From Gracilinanus agilis (taxonomy: Eukaryota): 64,000 nucleotides of DNA. The notes beneath the pieces were generated by a model. That model saw nothing but the letters and a program-made list of their open reading frames with translations. It was not told the origin of the DNA and made no database searches. This document shows, in pieces, positions 51,901 through 63,636 of the stretch. The translations under genes and the position numbers were made by a program. The DNA is taken from the NCBI RefSeq assembly GCF_016433145.1, contig NC_058136.1, forward strand, positions 59,665,716 through 59,729,715, given 5' to 3'. How positions within the stretch are numbered: the stretch's first letter is position 1; every line of letters starts with the position of its first letter.

Positions 51901-54260
51901 GTCTGGTAGTATCCCATTTTTTTCACTTACTACATTTTATTCTCTGTGTGTATGGGTGAGAGGCTTTTGGTTCAGCTATCTTCTCTTTGTGTCCGTTTAT
52001 GCAAGCTATCTCATGATTCTTTGACTTCCTCATTTGTGGCACAATAACATTCCATCACATTCACGGAGGTCTTTTGCTATTCCAAGATTAGTGGGCCCTG
52101 ACTTTGTTTCCAGCTTTTTTGATACCGCAGAGTTATCGCTATGAGTATAGGTATGGATGAAGCCTTCCTTCTTGTCAGTGGCTTCCTTTTGGTATATTCT
52201 TTGGGATCTAGAGAAGGGTCTTAATGATCACTGTAGTGACTCCTCTGGCTTCACCAACCATGTGCACACAGTTAGAATGCTCTCTTTTGCTGTCTTTCAT
52301 CACATTTGCCAGTTTGTTGGGCATAAGGTAAACCTGTTTTTCAATTTGCATTTTTCTCCCAACTAGTGGTTAAGAGCATCCTTTCATAGGGTAGTAGATA
52401 GTTTCTTTTGAGCTTTTTTTTTTCTGAGCTTTTGACTATTTGTGGGAAATGGCTCTTGGTCTTACGTATTTGTATAAATTGTGTGTGTGTGTGTGTGTGC
52501 GCGCACACGTGTGTGTATCTTATGCTTTTATCAAAGCTATTTGATACTAAGATTTTTTTCTGCAGTCAAGTTTCTCTTCTTCTTCTGGTTCCCTTGGTGT
52601 TTTTATTTCTTTCTATATCCCCAATGTTTACATGTTGTAGTGGTTCGTAGTAGTAATAAATAGCAGCTAACATATATAGCATTTAAGATTTTCAAAGCAC
52701 TCTTTTACAAATATTATAAACATTATTAACATTTATTAAGTGCCTACTATGTGCCAGGCACAGTGCCAAGTGCTTATTTCATTTGATGCTCACAATAGCC
52801 CTGGAAAATAGGTGCTCTTATCATCCTCATTGTACAGATGAGTTAAAAAAGATCTTCCTTCTATTCTTGAATTTTTAAATGATGGGACTTTTTGTACGTA
52901 GGTTGAATATCCCTTTGGGGCTTTTGGTGATGGGTGTATGGTGGTCTAAATTAATTCATTTTCCTTTAAAGAAAATGAGAAGGTTTTCTGGCAGTTCTGA
53001 TCAAATGAGATATTTCCCCCCATATACTTTGTGCTTTGGCATTTACTGAACACTGGGCTGCTGTGTTTGCGCCTCTGTCTTACCTAATCTGATCCCCAAT
53101 CTATTTTTCTTTCAAAACCACCCTCTTTTTTATGGATAATTTTGTTGTTATTTTTCTATAGTATAGTTTTTCCTCTTTTTTTATCTGATTATTTCTGTTG
53201 AGATTCCTCCTAGCGCTTCTGTCCTTTCAAATGAATTTTGCTCTTTTTGTCAAGTTTCCTACAGTACATTGATAGAGGACTAAGTCTTTAAATTCATTTA
53301 GCGTTTTGTACTCAGCTATGAATAGTGAATCTCTCTGATTTCTTATCTTCCTTTGTTTCTATAAAGAATTTTGTCATTTACATTTCTATATGTCATTTAA
53401 TAAACCCATGTTGGTCTTATGCAAATAACTCTTTTTGTCAGTTGGTTTTGGACTCTGCTATTTTAGTGATTATTTGTCCTGATTATTAATTTGTTTTCTG
53501 CTACCTTTGAATTTTCTAAGTATAAACACTGAGCCACTGTGCCATTTGCACATAGGAATGCTCCCCCCACCCTCTCTTTGTAAGTGATGCTACCTTGCAC
53601 CTCTCTTAGGCTATAGCCATAGTTAGCAGTTTTTGGACTATGTCACTTAATAGGGAGAAAGAAGCCTTCTTTATTCATATTTGTTGGAAAGTTGGTGTTT
53701 TCCCCATTGCCAAGCTCTTGCTTCTAGACAGACTTGGGATCATATTAAAGAAGGACCCTGTCATGTCTCTTCTTTTGAGAGTTTTTCATATAAATAAATT
53801 ATCCTCTTTATGGAATAATCTTGTTTCTGTGATTTATCCTTTGAGCAGAAGCCTCCATTTAGGCCCATATCTTGTATTTCTCTTTCCTTTATTGATTATT
53901 ATTTTTGTGTTATGGTCTGAAAGGATGTTTATTTCCTGCCATTGTACATTGGATTTCTTTCTGCCCTAGTCCATGATCCATTTTTGTAAAGGTACCATGT
54001 GCTGGTGAGAATTAGGTACATTTTAAAATATTCCCATATGCCTAAAGCCTTTCTTACTTGATTTGATTGGGGTAACTCTATTATCAATGGTAACAAGAAG
54101 GAAACAAAGCCTGATAAAATGCTAGAAAAATCAGATTTGAAATATCTTTGGTAATTTCTGAATTGTTTCCTCTGATCCTTACAGAATCTTCTTTGAAGTA
54201 GCTAAAACTCCTACCTTGGATATGTTGAAGCTGGAGGAGATTCTGAAGAACTCACCCTGA
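35886..54260 (+). CDS. CCNB3: Cyclin B3, 11 coding exons, ~484 aa
   Basis: Exons join in frame with canonical GT-AG sites (1455 nt in total). Contains the D-box KKRSAFGDLTN, cyclin box [31 protein letters not shown] and C-terminus IFFEVAKTPTLDMLKLEEILKNSP*, all characteristic of cyclin B3. Confidence 0.97.
36293..36870 (+). mobile_element. Two CORE-SINEs (MAR1-like with RTE-type tail at 36293-36540; second at 36650-36870) within L1 remnants
   Basis: gggcagctag...gagtcaggaagacctgagttcaaat...ggggtcacaaagag...gacatgactgaa. Confidence 0.85.
36940..36996. repeat. (AC)n microsatellite
   Basis: Direct reading of the sequence. Confidence 0.97.
38140..38223 (+). CDS. CCNB3: CCNB3 coding exon 2 (D-box)
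   Basis: EESSQAKRSPSSPQGAPKKRSAFGDLTN; tag| ... |gtgagt. Confidence 0.95.
38262..38650 (-). mobile_element. Opossum-type SINE (SINE1_Mdo-like) interrupted by a hAT MITE
   Basis: gtgtattggttccaaggcagaagagcggtaagggctaggc ... gggtcacac...ccactgagccacctagctg. Confidence 0.85.
38318..38527. mobile_element. 210-bp hAT MITE with perfect 8-bp TSD GGCTAGGC
   Basis: Ends caacggtcggcaac / attgctgacccctg; TSD at 38310-38317 and 38528-38535. Confidence 0.9.
39138..39310. mobile_element. Old marsupial DNA-transposon-like repeat (MdoRep1-like)
   Basis: caggggttcttaagctg...tttgtaatcct...ttttatgcattta...tgccaaag...tgacaca. Confidence 0.6.
39368..40110 (-). mobile_element. Probable solo LTR, antisense in a CCNB3 intron (right boundary uncertain)
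   Basis: On -: ends ...ccacaaca, with AATAAA at ~39460 and a TATA-like motif at ~39530; internal repeat catacatcctttatgacatcctg occurs twice. Confidence 0.5.
40309..40427 (+). CDS. CCNB3: CCNB3 coding exon 3
   Basis: AHQAQPTQFKKEVVKGTAKK...; cag| ... AA|gtgagt (phase 2). Confidence 0.88.
41653..41935 (+). CDS. CCNB3: CCNB3 coding exon 4 (Glu/Pro-rich linker)
   Basis: Phase-2 acceptor ctag|t, open frame QVKKQTLKSP...EPGPRE, phase-0 donor GAG|gtact. Confidence 0.8.
42240..42438 (-). mobile_element. Opossum-type SINE (SINE1_Mdo-like)
   Basis: Full-length: aaccctcac...agaatcaatactgtgtattggttctaaggcagaag...agccacccagctgccccc. Confidence 0.92.
43250..43351 (+). CDS. CCNB3: CCNB3 coding exon 5
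   Basis: (Q)MPGMEEDIEKIEEDPYANTEYAKEIFKYMRKRE; NAGNAG acceptor; |gtatgt. Confidence 0.92.
43780..46330 (+). mobile_element. Fragmented L2 with inserted L1 (-, ~44865-45130) and CORE-SINE (+, ~45250-45500)
   Basis: L2-type C/T-rich sequence (ctgaactcattatctttccccctaaa, ttagaa...actcttcgagagca), interrupted by recognisable L1 and SINE pieces. Confidence 0.75.
46882..46974 (+). CDS. CCNB3: CCNB3 coding exon 6
   Basis: [31 protein letters not shown]. Confidence 0.97.
48358..48495 (+). CDS. CCNB3: CCNB3 coding exon 7
   Basis: [21 protein letters not shown]...IASKFE. Confidence 0.97.
49226..49381 (+). CDS. CCNB3: CCNB3 coding exon 8
   Basis: ERCPPCIDDFLYICDDAYQREE...YRFLRRFAK. Confidence 0.97.
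49545..49775 (+). mobile_element. CORE-SINE (MIR/MAR1)
   Basis: gtggatagagcactg...gaagacccgagttcaaatctagc. Confidence 0.8.
50521..50670 (+). CDS. CCNB3: CCNB3 coding exon 9
   Basis: CAHVSMETLTLARFICELTLQDYDYVQESASKLAASCFFLALKMRNLGKW. Confidence 0.97.
50995..51125 (+). CDS. CCNB3: CCNB3 coding exon 10
   Basis: TPTLERYSGYQSSDLFSLVKRLNFLL...RTKYSH; phase-2 donor |gtaaga. Confidence 0.95.
51535..54010 (-). mobile_element. SINE1_Mdo-like (51535-51726) plus a long degraded L1 (~51750-54010) with an inserted SINE (~52660-52845)
   Basis: SINE motifs as at 42240; T-rich antisense L1 ORF2-type sequence. Confidence 0.7.
54185..54260 (+). CDS. CCNB3: CCNB3 terminal coding exon
   Basis: (K)IFFEVAKTPTLDMLKLEEILKNSP* with TGA at 54258-54260. 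Confidence 0.95.
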
Positions 54261-54322
54261 AGAGGAACAAAGCAAAGACTCATGTCAGGAGGCCCCAAGG
54301 CTAGCCCAAGTTGTAAATAGAC

Positions 54323-54328
54323 TATAAA
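54323..54328 (+). terminator. Candidate CCNB3 polyadenylation signal (variant TATAAA); alternative AATAAA at ~56013
   Basis: Followed by U/GU-rich ttttgtcctgtctttgtttttgtgtc. Confidence 0.3.
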
Positions 54329-57223
54329 TATTTTGTCCTGTCTTTGTTTTTGTGTCAGCACTTCTATTCCTTTCTTTCTGTCTGTATGAATTTGTTATTT
54401 CAAAGGAAAAAAACTTTTTAAGAAGAAATAGCTCTAATGTTTTGATTAGAAACTAAATACAATTTTGTTAAGTGCCTTCCCTCCCCTCTTTATCCTCTAA
54501 GAAGTAGATGAGGTATCAGAGGGTAGAAAACAACAGCCACCTCCTCCCTGGGGAAGATGCCGAGGGACTCTTGGCATGAGGCAGTTCCTTTCCTGCTGGT
54601 AATTGTCCCCATGGCCTGCCCTATTCTAGCTTCTCTTTTTCTACCTCTAGCTCTCCTCAAGGAGGGGAAACTATTGCTACTCAGATATCAAGTTCAAGGA
54701 GAGTGTCTTCTAGCTCCTCAGAGAGAGAGAGAGAGAGAAAGTGAGAGAGAGAGAGCGCAAGAGAGCACTTCCCATGCCCAGTAAATGGGCTTGAGGGTCA
54801 GAGCAGCCAGCAGTGCCCATGATACCTTGTGTTGTGTTTTACCTCACACTGTTCTGTTTGTAGAACAATCTTTAGTCGCTTATCGAATAGATAGAATTAA
54901 GGAGCTAGTCTCCTTTTCCTGTAGTTTTGCTTTTAGTAACTAGAAAGAATTCCTGTAGTTGGTAGTTAAGGAAACTGAGCAATGGAGGGTGGGGTGGGTG
55001 GGTAAAGTGCCTTTGCCCAGCCTGCCTGTGAATTGGCAATTTGTATTTGTTTTTTCCATTCCATTTTATATATGTTGTGTGCTGTGTGGTGTCGTCGTTA
55101 ATGTATTGGCCAGAGGTGCTTGTGAAGGCCTTTTAAGTTGTGGCAGGTGTTGGCTAACACTCTGAATTGATCTGTGCCTTTTGAATTTAACTTTAATGAC
55201 TGGGGGAAAAATATGCCCCAGGCCATCCTTTGGGACTCCCCCGGGTGTGCGTGGCGGGGAATAAGGATTGGAGACCCAAATTCAAATTGTGCCACTGCCA
55301 CAAGGTTGTAGTGGTAGATAGGGCTGGACACATCACTGTTCTATCTTTGAGAATGAGACAGCTTGGGAAGAGAAGCTTCAAAGTAATTGTGATTCTGTGC
55401 TAATAAGGAACAAATCTGGCTTCATTTTCCTTCTCTTTCCCTACCTCCCTCTGCTGGAGGTGTTAATGTGCGGTGAATGGCTGCAGCCTGTGGCCAGAAG
55501 TTTTGAAATGACAGTAAATAGTAAAGCCACTACTTGTTAAAGGAGGAAGTTCAAATAGTTTGACGGTAACCTCTCAGCTAAGCTCAGAGGCTATCATTTC
55601 CTCACAATCAAAGCACCTCCTTCCCAGGCCTTGCTCTGTTCTCTAGCCATGTGGAGGATGTGAGAAAAGCTGTGTTATGGAGGGGGGGTGCAGACCCTCA
55701 AAGGTGTTTCTGCCATCCCAAGTATCACTTCACACCCCCCCCCCCTCCCCTTATGAATCTTTGGGGGCTGAGGCCTCTATACTAACTTCTAATGGCAGCA
55801 TTTTTGTTTCTACTCACTTTTGTGCAATCCTGTAGATCTCACTCTCTGTGCCTTGCCTTTCACTGAGTCTTTTAATGCCCTGCAATGAGAGGCACCTGCC
55901 TTCACTGTGGCTTTTTTAGCAGTCCCCTTACACCTGGGCTCTCTACCCTGGCCTTTATTGTTACTATTTATGTTTCAATGTATGTTTCTGGCATAAAAAT
56001 TTATTTGCAATTTAATAAAGAAGTTCCCAAACCAGTGCCCTGGCTCTTTTTACAGTCTTGGGCCCAAACCCCATTAACTTCCGACTTACCTTTTAGTAGT
56101 GGGACTTGACTTAAAGCATCATTACTACTGCGGAATGTAAAGGAGAGCGGGAAGTAAGGATCCCAAAGAAACCTTTTGCATGCTGAGCTGGATTTTCAAC
56201 AAAAAAATCTAAGGGAGATGGACAAGAAAGCCTCTTCTTGAGAACTGTTTATTTACCAAAGTAACAAAATTAGTTCTCTCGCTCTTATAGGACGAGAGAA
56301 GGGATCTGGAGTTGTTTCCCAACCTGGCTTGGATATGGATGGAGAAGGAACAGAGAGATTCCTTTGGTCTCTTGAAGAGGCTGATCGGGCTCTGAGGAAG
56401 ATGAGGAAGAGCAGTAGAGGGATATGGAAGCCTGGTCTTGTTCTGTAGAAGGGAAAACAACGGAATGCCATTGTTTCTGGCATGGAGAAGCATGTTGCTG
56501 GGTAGGGAAAAGCCTCGTGACAAATTTCCTTGGCGGGGAAATGGGCACCTTGGGAGATGACCTCCAAGCAAGGGTCCTGTTTTCCAAGACTAGCCCAGCT
56601 CACACAAAAAAGGAGGAAGACACTCTAGGGGCATGTAGCTACAGAGACAGGATGATCGGACCTGCTAACTTAGGAAGGGGTCAGGAATGGTAAAGGGAGG
56701 TGGTAAAATGCTGGATTCGGTGACTTCTATGAAAAGAATGGCAAAACTCACCAATTCACCATGGATACGAAACCAAACCAAACATCTACAAACTAAAGAT
56801 GTGAAGGAAAAGAGTATGTATGACAAGGAAGCTGAAGTGAGTAAGTATGAACTCTGGCCCCTCTGAGCTTACAAAGACAAAAGAGAGAGGGAGGTGCAAG
56901 CTAATGGGGCAGTGCCCGTTGGGGCTCGGGGTGCAGAATGTAGTATATACACTAGCAGACATGCTCATTGTGTCAGGTGGTTTATATCCAGAGATGGCAG
57001 CAATCTGTAAATACTTTTTACAAAGCAGTCCCCAGTTACAGGGATTTTCACCAGAGCAGCCCTGGGAACAGCAGCACTGAGGAGCAACAGGCCTCATCAT
57101 ATTCAGTAGGCCAGGGTCTGGAGAGGGGACAGCCTGCCCCGCCTGCTCCTAGGGAGCTTGGAATCCACACCCCGTCACCCCTGAAATAACTCACACGGAG
57201 CCTGAGACTCTACGGTTCAACCA

Positions 57224-57229
57224 TTTATT
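57224..57229 (-). terminator. Candidate DGKK polyadenylation signal (AATAAA on -), implying a ~4-kb 3'UTR
   Basis: On -: ...ccactAATAAAtggttgaacc... followed by GU-rich gtgtgagttatttc. Confidence 0.45.
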
Positions 57230-60029
57230 AGTGGCCTGAAACACAAGCGCAACTTTGTTTAAACTCTGGACTGATGTTACATCGGGGAGGAGGGGCTGGT
57301 GAGGATTTGTGGACTTATTTTTATTTTGCTTTTGGTATTATTCTCTTTGCCACTTCACCATCCAGCTTCCTCCCTCCAGTCCGGGCTCTGCTGCTGAACA
57401 GGAGCCTTCGAAAAGAAACAAGCAAACGAACAAAAACCCCCCAAACACAACAGAAACCAACAGGAGATTACAATCAGCAGACAAATACAGAGGAACAATC
57501 GCAATTTCACCGAGTACATTAAGCACAGCAGATCTTGGGGAAGGACGCGGATCGGGGTAGGCAGGTGATCACAGTTCAGTTCCATTTCATCCCATATTTC
57601 TGCTCTTTATCTTTCCTAACTCAACTTTTCCTATATACTATGGAGTGGCCAATAGCACTCACTCCCCCAGGGCTGGCATATGTAGGCCTGGCCCTGCTAA
57701 GCTTACCGATGCAGAAAGCCAGCAGCTGCTCTATGGCTCCTCATCCTTGATCTGGGGATCCTGGTGCCCAGACAGAGGCAGCCAGAGACCCTTGGCAGAA
57801 GCTTTTCCTAGCCTTTCTCCTTAGCCTCTGCTCTCACCACCTGCTGACCCCACATCTAATGACAACTACCGGGAGGGAACATTATAGAAACCCTCGGCTC
57901 TTTAATCCCTGCCCAATCTCTATTTTTCCTCTAAACTTCGAGAAAAATTGGACCTTTGCAAGTTTCAGTCATCTGCAGATGACGTCCCACCCCCACCCCC
58001 AATTCCCATCAGGCTATCTGTCCTTCGACACTGATGAGAGCAGCTTCAAGACTACCCAGGAACAATCACCCAAAGAAGCAACCTACCCCTTATTTGCCTG
58101 AAATGATGTCTCTGAAGGTGATGGAGATGAATGGTAAGGGCCTGGTCCCGTTGCCCAAGCAACTATATTACAGCACTGCTTCAGCGAGGCCCCTGTGGGG
58201 CGAAATCACTCCTGGGGCCCAAGGGCAGCCCCTGTGAAGGAGGGAGCTGATCTTGCTTTGTTCCAAGCACTGGGCTGGTCCAGGCAGAGCAGGTGCTCAG
58301 CAGGTCCCTTTCCTTGGCACCCTGAGCTTGCCAGGAGGGCTGGCTGGGCATCAGGGCAGGAGGGAAACACAATGGAAACTGAGCTAGCAAGCAGCACCTG
58401 TTCAGGACCCTCCTTCCCCTTTTCCTCCCCACTGTAGCACGAGGCTCACTCTGGGCTTGGCCTGTAGCCAGGCCAGCTCCATTCTGATTCAGGGAAGGAA
58501 GAGATGGGGATTGGGGAGGGTCAAGGGTTTGGGGGTGTGGGCACTGGCCAGACCAACAACAGCACAGCACATAGCTAGCATCTATATTAGCAATCTTAAC
58601 AAAATGAAAAGGAGCCAACATTGGGGGGGAAGCAACGAAAGAATCCCAACCCTGCCTAGACTCCCAAGATCAACAGGTGTCCCCAGCCTATGCCCATGCA
58701 GGGGAACATGGGGCAGTGGGGCGTTGATGAAGGGAAAGGGCTTTTAGCCCCAGAGGAGCCTAGGAGAGAGGGGGGGGCAGTCAAAGCAAAAGTCTCCGAG
58801 ATGGCTCATCCCGGGGACAAATAAATTAATGCTGTAGGTGCTTAAATAAAATTTTAAATATTTTCTTTCATCTATTTACAATACTTTCTTCTTTAGATTT
58901 ATGGCTAGAGCTATTTTTTGGCATCACAATTAGACAAGACGGCATCAGGGGCTTTCCCCCCTCATTTGTGGTTTTGAGCTCCCCATTTTCAGATTGGAAA
59001 AGTGTCCAGGACTGGGATTCTGATCTGATGTACCCCAATGATCCAGCCACAGGAGAGACCCAGGGAAGAGCTCCGCTTTCGTCTTGCAGTGTGGAGAGGC
59101 CATCTTTCTAGCTCCCAGCCTAAGGGTTTGATTGGTTTTGGGGCAGAGGGGAAAGAAATTTGTAGACATTCAGGGGCTTGGCTCGTAGGGCCCTGGAGCA
59201 TCTCCCCTTTAGATGCTGGGCCCGGCCAGATTTGCCTGCATTTCCACAGGCCTTTCAAACAACAAAATCCCAAGCAAATTGAGGGTTGAGAACAAGTGGG
59301 ATTTGTGTTTTGTTTTTGTGCCCCACTCAAGGAAGCTTTGAGTCACCTGTTGTTGTGTGACCTCAAACTCCAAGGCAGTAGCCCCCTGGGTTGCAGGGGA
59401 GCTGCTCCAACAGCCTTTTCCCAGGAAGAGGGAAACAGCCTGGCAACTCTCAGTGGAGTCTGGGACCATCCAGTCAGCTAGTCCAGAAAATTCAGAACTG
59501 GTTGCCCTGGATGGTCCCTGGGCTATCAGCCTAACCTAGCCTTGAGGGTAGAGACCCCAGAGCTCCTGGATCCCAGACTTCAAGGCCTGTTGCTCGGAGA
59601 GGAGGGGAAAGGAGGGGAAGGGGAAGGGGAAGGGGAAGGGAGGAGGAGTGAAGGAGGTGGAGTAGAAGGAGAAGGAAGGCAGGGAGGAGGTGTGAGGAGG
59701 AAGCAGGTCCTAATGATGTACAGTCCAGAGCAAATAGCTTTGACCTTTCTGTTCCCCTGTCCAGGGCCTGGTTTAGGTTTAGCAGAGGAACAGAAGCAGC
59801 CTGGACATCAGTCTCAGCCTCAGCCTCAGCCTCAATGGCGGCTTTGAAGGCTCCACGAGGACGGATCAGACCCCGCAGCTATGTCAGAAGTAAGAACATG
59901 GGTGGAGATGCCCAGAAGTCTGAAAGTCCTGGGCATGGCAGTAAGTTACAGAAGAACTTTATCAGGAGCCTTAGATACCGAGTTGTATCTTCAGTTCTTA
60001 CAAAAATATATACATCTCTCCATTCGCTC

Positions 60030-60090
60030 GCTCACTCTCTTGCTCTCTCTCTCTCTCTCTCTCTCTCTCGCTCTCTTTCTCTCTCTCTGT
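60030..60090. repeat. (CT)n microsatellite in the putative DGKK 3'UTR
   Basis: Direct reading of the sequence. Confidence 0.9.
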
Positions 60091-61172
60091 CCATAATCTA
60101 TACAGCAGCACAAGGGTGAATGACTCTTTTGGCTCGAAAACCCAGCCAGAATGCAAGCAAAGCACTGGCGGACAGCATGCAAGCTTGGGTCAAGGCAGCG
60201 GGGGTTCTTAAAGTTTCTGGAGACTCCATCAAGTTACTAGTGGTGAGCAGCAGTGGGCAGAGTGGGCCATTCACCTGAAATCAGGACTGGACTCTAAGTG
60301 GCCCATTGGGTACCTGATTAAAGCTATTCACAAGCATGCACACAGACACAGACACACATACATATCCCCTTCCCATTTTCCCTCCCACCCATCCCACTCC
60401 TGGCCTAGTACACACGTGTGTGTGTACGTGTGCCCGTGTACACATGTGCACGCACACACACACACACAGAGGCGGCAGCATAGGCTACTTGCAGAGTCTA
60501 CAAGCCACATCTATAAGAAAAGCAGAGTTTTTAACATGCATGGTAAGTCTCCAGGGGGTCAAGGTAGCACACTTAAGCTTAGGCCACTGATGGGGGCTCA
60601 ACTCAAGGATATAAAGGATACAACTATGTAATTAAGGCTAGGAGAGAAGCCCCTAGGACCTAGTTCCCATCCTCCATGGCACAAAGCCTCTCCTCCCACC
60701 TTCTTCCAAAGGGCAACGCAAAGACAATCCCGAATCCCAAGTCACAAAATCAGTCAGGTGACTGACCCATCAGAGAAAACACCAGCTCCCAAGTCCCCAA
60801 AGAAGGCCATTCTTCTAGATCCCAGGCATATGCAGAAGCTTAACTCATTTAACAGAAGCCAATCAGGAAGCGCAGAGAGGGAGAACTGAAGAACAACTCT
60901 ATCCAACAATCTTTGGCCAATGTAGAAATGTAAACCTCTAAGGAAACCTGATAAAGTCAAAGTCGAGAAAGTCCGATTAGTGGAAAGCATTGTCTGACGG
61001 CCCTAACGAGCAAGGGTCCGTGTCTGTCCCGGAATAATTGAGTCTGCAATCAGTAGAGTTAGAGTCCTAGTCCTAGTCATCGTTGTCATATCCGGTGTTG
61101 TTATCGGTATTCCACCGTGAGGTGGCTTCTTGTCAGGAGTTTCAAGCTGTAGAGCTCTCCTCCTGCAGCATT

Positions 61173-61247
61173 TCAGAGATTGTGGTTGATGTCTTTAATT
61201 CCTTGAAGGATCTTCTTCACGTGGCCAACCTTTCTTATTCCTAAATC
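61173..61247 (-). CDS. DGKK: Type II DGK terminal exon (SAM helix 5)
   Basis: ataaag|DLGIRKVGHVKKILQGIKDINHNL*; similar to the DGKD/DGKH SAM end. The DGKK symbol comes from tail-to-tail synteny with CCNB3. Confidence 0.9.
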   Translation of the reverse strand, partial: DLGIRKVGHVKKILQGIKDINHNL

Positions 61248-62946
61248 CTTTATGGGGGAAAAGGGGAAGAAAAAAGTTAGCTTGTCTAATTAGACTTGGC
61301 CTAGAGGAGACACTGGTGAGCTTATGGCTTCCCCAACATGCTTCCCCTGGTTGGTAGTACCTGAGCCATCCAGAGGATGGTGATGGAAGCATCTGGGACA
61401 CAGCCTCTTCGGGCTGAGCTCTTGCATGTAGGCCACATGCTGGAAAGGGCTCCTTTTCCGCCTTTCCACAGGACACCCAGGGTGCACTCTCCCTAGGGTG
61501 CTAGCTCCCTTGAAAATCCCCACGCTGCTTTACAAATGGGCTCCCAAGACGAAGTCCTAAATAATGCTATTGGCACCTATTCTGGGCATCTTGCCTCAAT
61601 AGGGGTATGTGTGTGTGTGCGCGTGAATTCAGTGTCGATATTGCGGAAATGGATTCTGAGTGTAGTTCTGAAGTCAGCCTGCTTTGGGAAGGGCTGGTCC
61701 ACTGCCCGGCTCCTTTCCCCATGCTGACCACTGCTTCACCCATCACAGGAACCCACTTCTTGCTCTGAAGAACTAGTTCCAGGAAGGGTCTCCTATGTCA
61801 GCCCTCCCTGAAGCAAGCAAGAGGGATGGCCACAAGGCTGGCAGAAGAGATGATCTTCCACGGGGGAGATAAAGGGAAAGACTTCCAGTGCTTGACAGGA
61901 GAATAAGAGGCAGGTTTGTTATTTATAGCAGAGGGAAAGCTAGCTGTTGTCAGTTTGGGGCAGGGGGCAAGGTAGGGGGCTATGAGGAGTCCTTGGGTGG
62001 GGCGATGCTCTTTGGCTCGGTAGTCCTTGTCCTTCTTGTCTCTGGTACAATGTTTTTGTACTCTTCCGGAAGGGAAGCCTGACTCAACTCGGTCCCAGGC
62101 CCCTTGGCATTTTGGGCCTCGGGCAGGCCTCAGTTCTGCACAGTCATCCCCACTGGGCTACTTGTAAGAGCAGCAGCTTGGCTGCAGGGAGGCCCAGAGT
62201 GAGTCTGCCCTTCAAGCCCCACTTACTTCTGTTTGAGGCTCCACCTCACGTCTGAGTGTTTAGGGCAAAGGTTCCTACGTTCTCGTGCCTTTGACTCATG
62301 GGAGACAAGAGGAGAAGCCTGCATCCTAGAAAGGGCTCTAGCCTTGCTCACTGACTTGGGGGCTCCACCTGGTCCCTTAGTTTCCTCATCTGTATTAGCC
62401 ACTAGAAAGTATGTTTAATTAAGATCCTTGGTTTAAAGAAAAAGGTTTCCTAGGCAGAGCGAGGCCAAGAGTGGTAAAAGTGGAGCCAAGGATGGCCGCC
62501 CCTAGTGAGTGAGCCCACCTGGCAAATGCTTAAAGGGTAAAAACAGATGGAAATTCAAGAACAAGAAGATAAGATGCAAGGAGAGGAAAACTCCTTGGGC
62601 ATGAGGGAAGGCTGTTGATAATAAGAAGGGTAGAAGCCCCGCTTGCACCCCCCAACTCCAACCCCGTCCTAAGGTGTGGGAAGCGATTTCACCCAGAGAA
62701 CGGAGGCCTTTGCTTGCGATGATTCTCCGGGTCCCCAAGTCCTCTGTGCATCACTCTCCTCCTTGCATGACAGAGCCAAGGAAGGGGCCACTGCCAAGGA
62801 TTCTTGGTTCTTACCAAATCTCAGTGAGGAAAGGTAAAGCAAGGTAAGCCTGGCCAAAGGGTCATGCCAGGGCCATGGCATTTGTGGGCAGCATGGATGC
62901 CAACGGGGAAGCCACCATTTCTGGAAAACAGGGACATTTTGAATAC

Positions 62947-63077
62947 CTTCAAGTCTCGTCTCTCCAGCAGGATCAGTTCTGAGCCCTGGATTTCATGGCG
63001 GGTAAAAATGTCTTTGTACTCCCCTAAACCAAGTGCGTCCAGCCAAGAAGCCACTTCCTCAGGGCCCCATTTGTCCA
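62947..63077 (-). CDS. DGKK: Type II DGK SAM-domain exon
   Basis: tttttactag|(V)[43 protein letters not shown]|gtattc; joins in frame to the 61247 exon. Confidence 0.93.
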
Positions 63078-63232
63078 CTAGTAAAAAGGAAAATGACAGA
63101 TGACCAACTTACTGAGAATAGAGAGAATGGGCCAAGAGCAAACGTGCAGAGACAGAGAGAGAGAGATTCTAAGCGAAGCACAGGCAGATTCAAGGGAGGA
63201 ATGAGGGTGAGTTGGTAAGAGGTGCTGGTGGG

Positions 63233-63289
63233 CAGCAGTGGCAGTGGCAGTGGCAGTAGCAGCGGCAGCAGCAGCAGCAGCAGCAGCAG
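63233..63289. repeat. (GGCAGT)n/(GCA)n simple repeat in a DGKK intron
   Basis: Direct reading of the sequence. Confidence 0.9.
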
Positions 63290-63636
63290 TAAACCTACAG
63301 AGGTTTCCTGCATGAGAAACGAAGTCCTTGGGCCCCAAGACCCTAGAATGCCCCAATGGCCCGAACTTCACCTAGTAGAGGAGGGCATGTTCAAAATAAC
63401 CCCCTAAATGACTTGACTCTTCAAGGGAAAAATAAAAAGGCTCTTCTCTTTTATGCTTTGTGGTCCTCGGTATGGTGCTAGGTACACAGCAGAGGATCTC
63501 TAAATGCTGATGGAACCTGTCTCCTTCACAAGGCTGTCAGGGCTAAGAAGGTAAACAGCAAACAGGCTGGCTCAGGGACCTTGTCAGGGACAGAAGAGGC
63601 AGGCTAGAGGAGGGGTTACTGTTTGACCACTGCCAC

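Noticed and set aside
56290-56450. Alternative CCNB3 terminal exon after acceptor ctcttatag
   Set aside because: It would replace the conserved final cyclin helix with an unrelated peptide; supported only by an acceptor-like motif.
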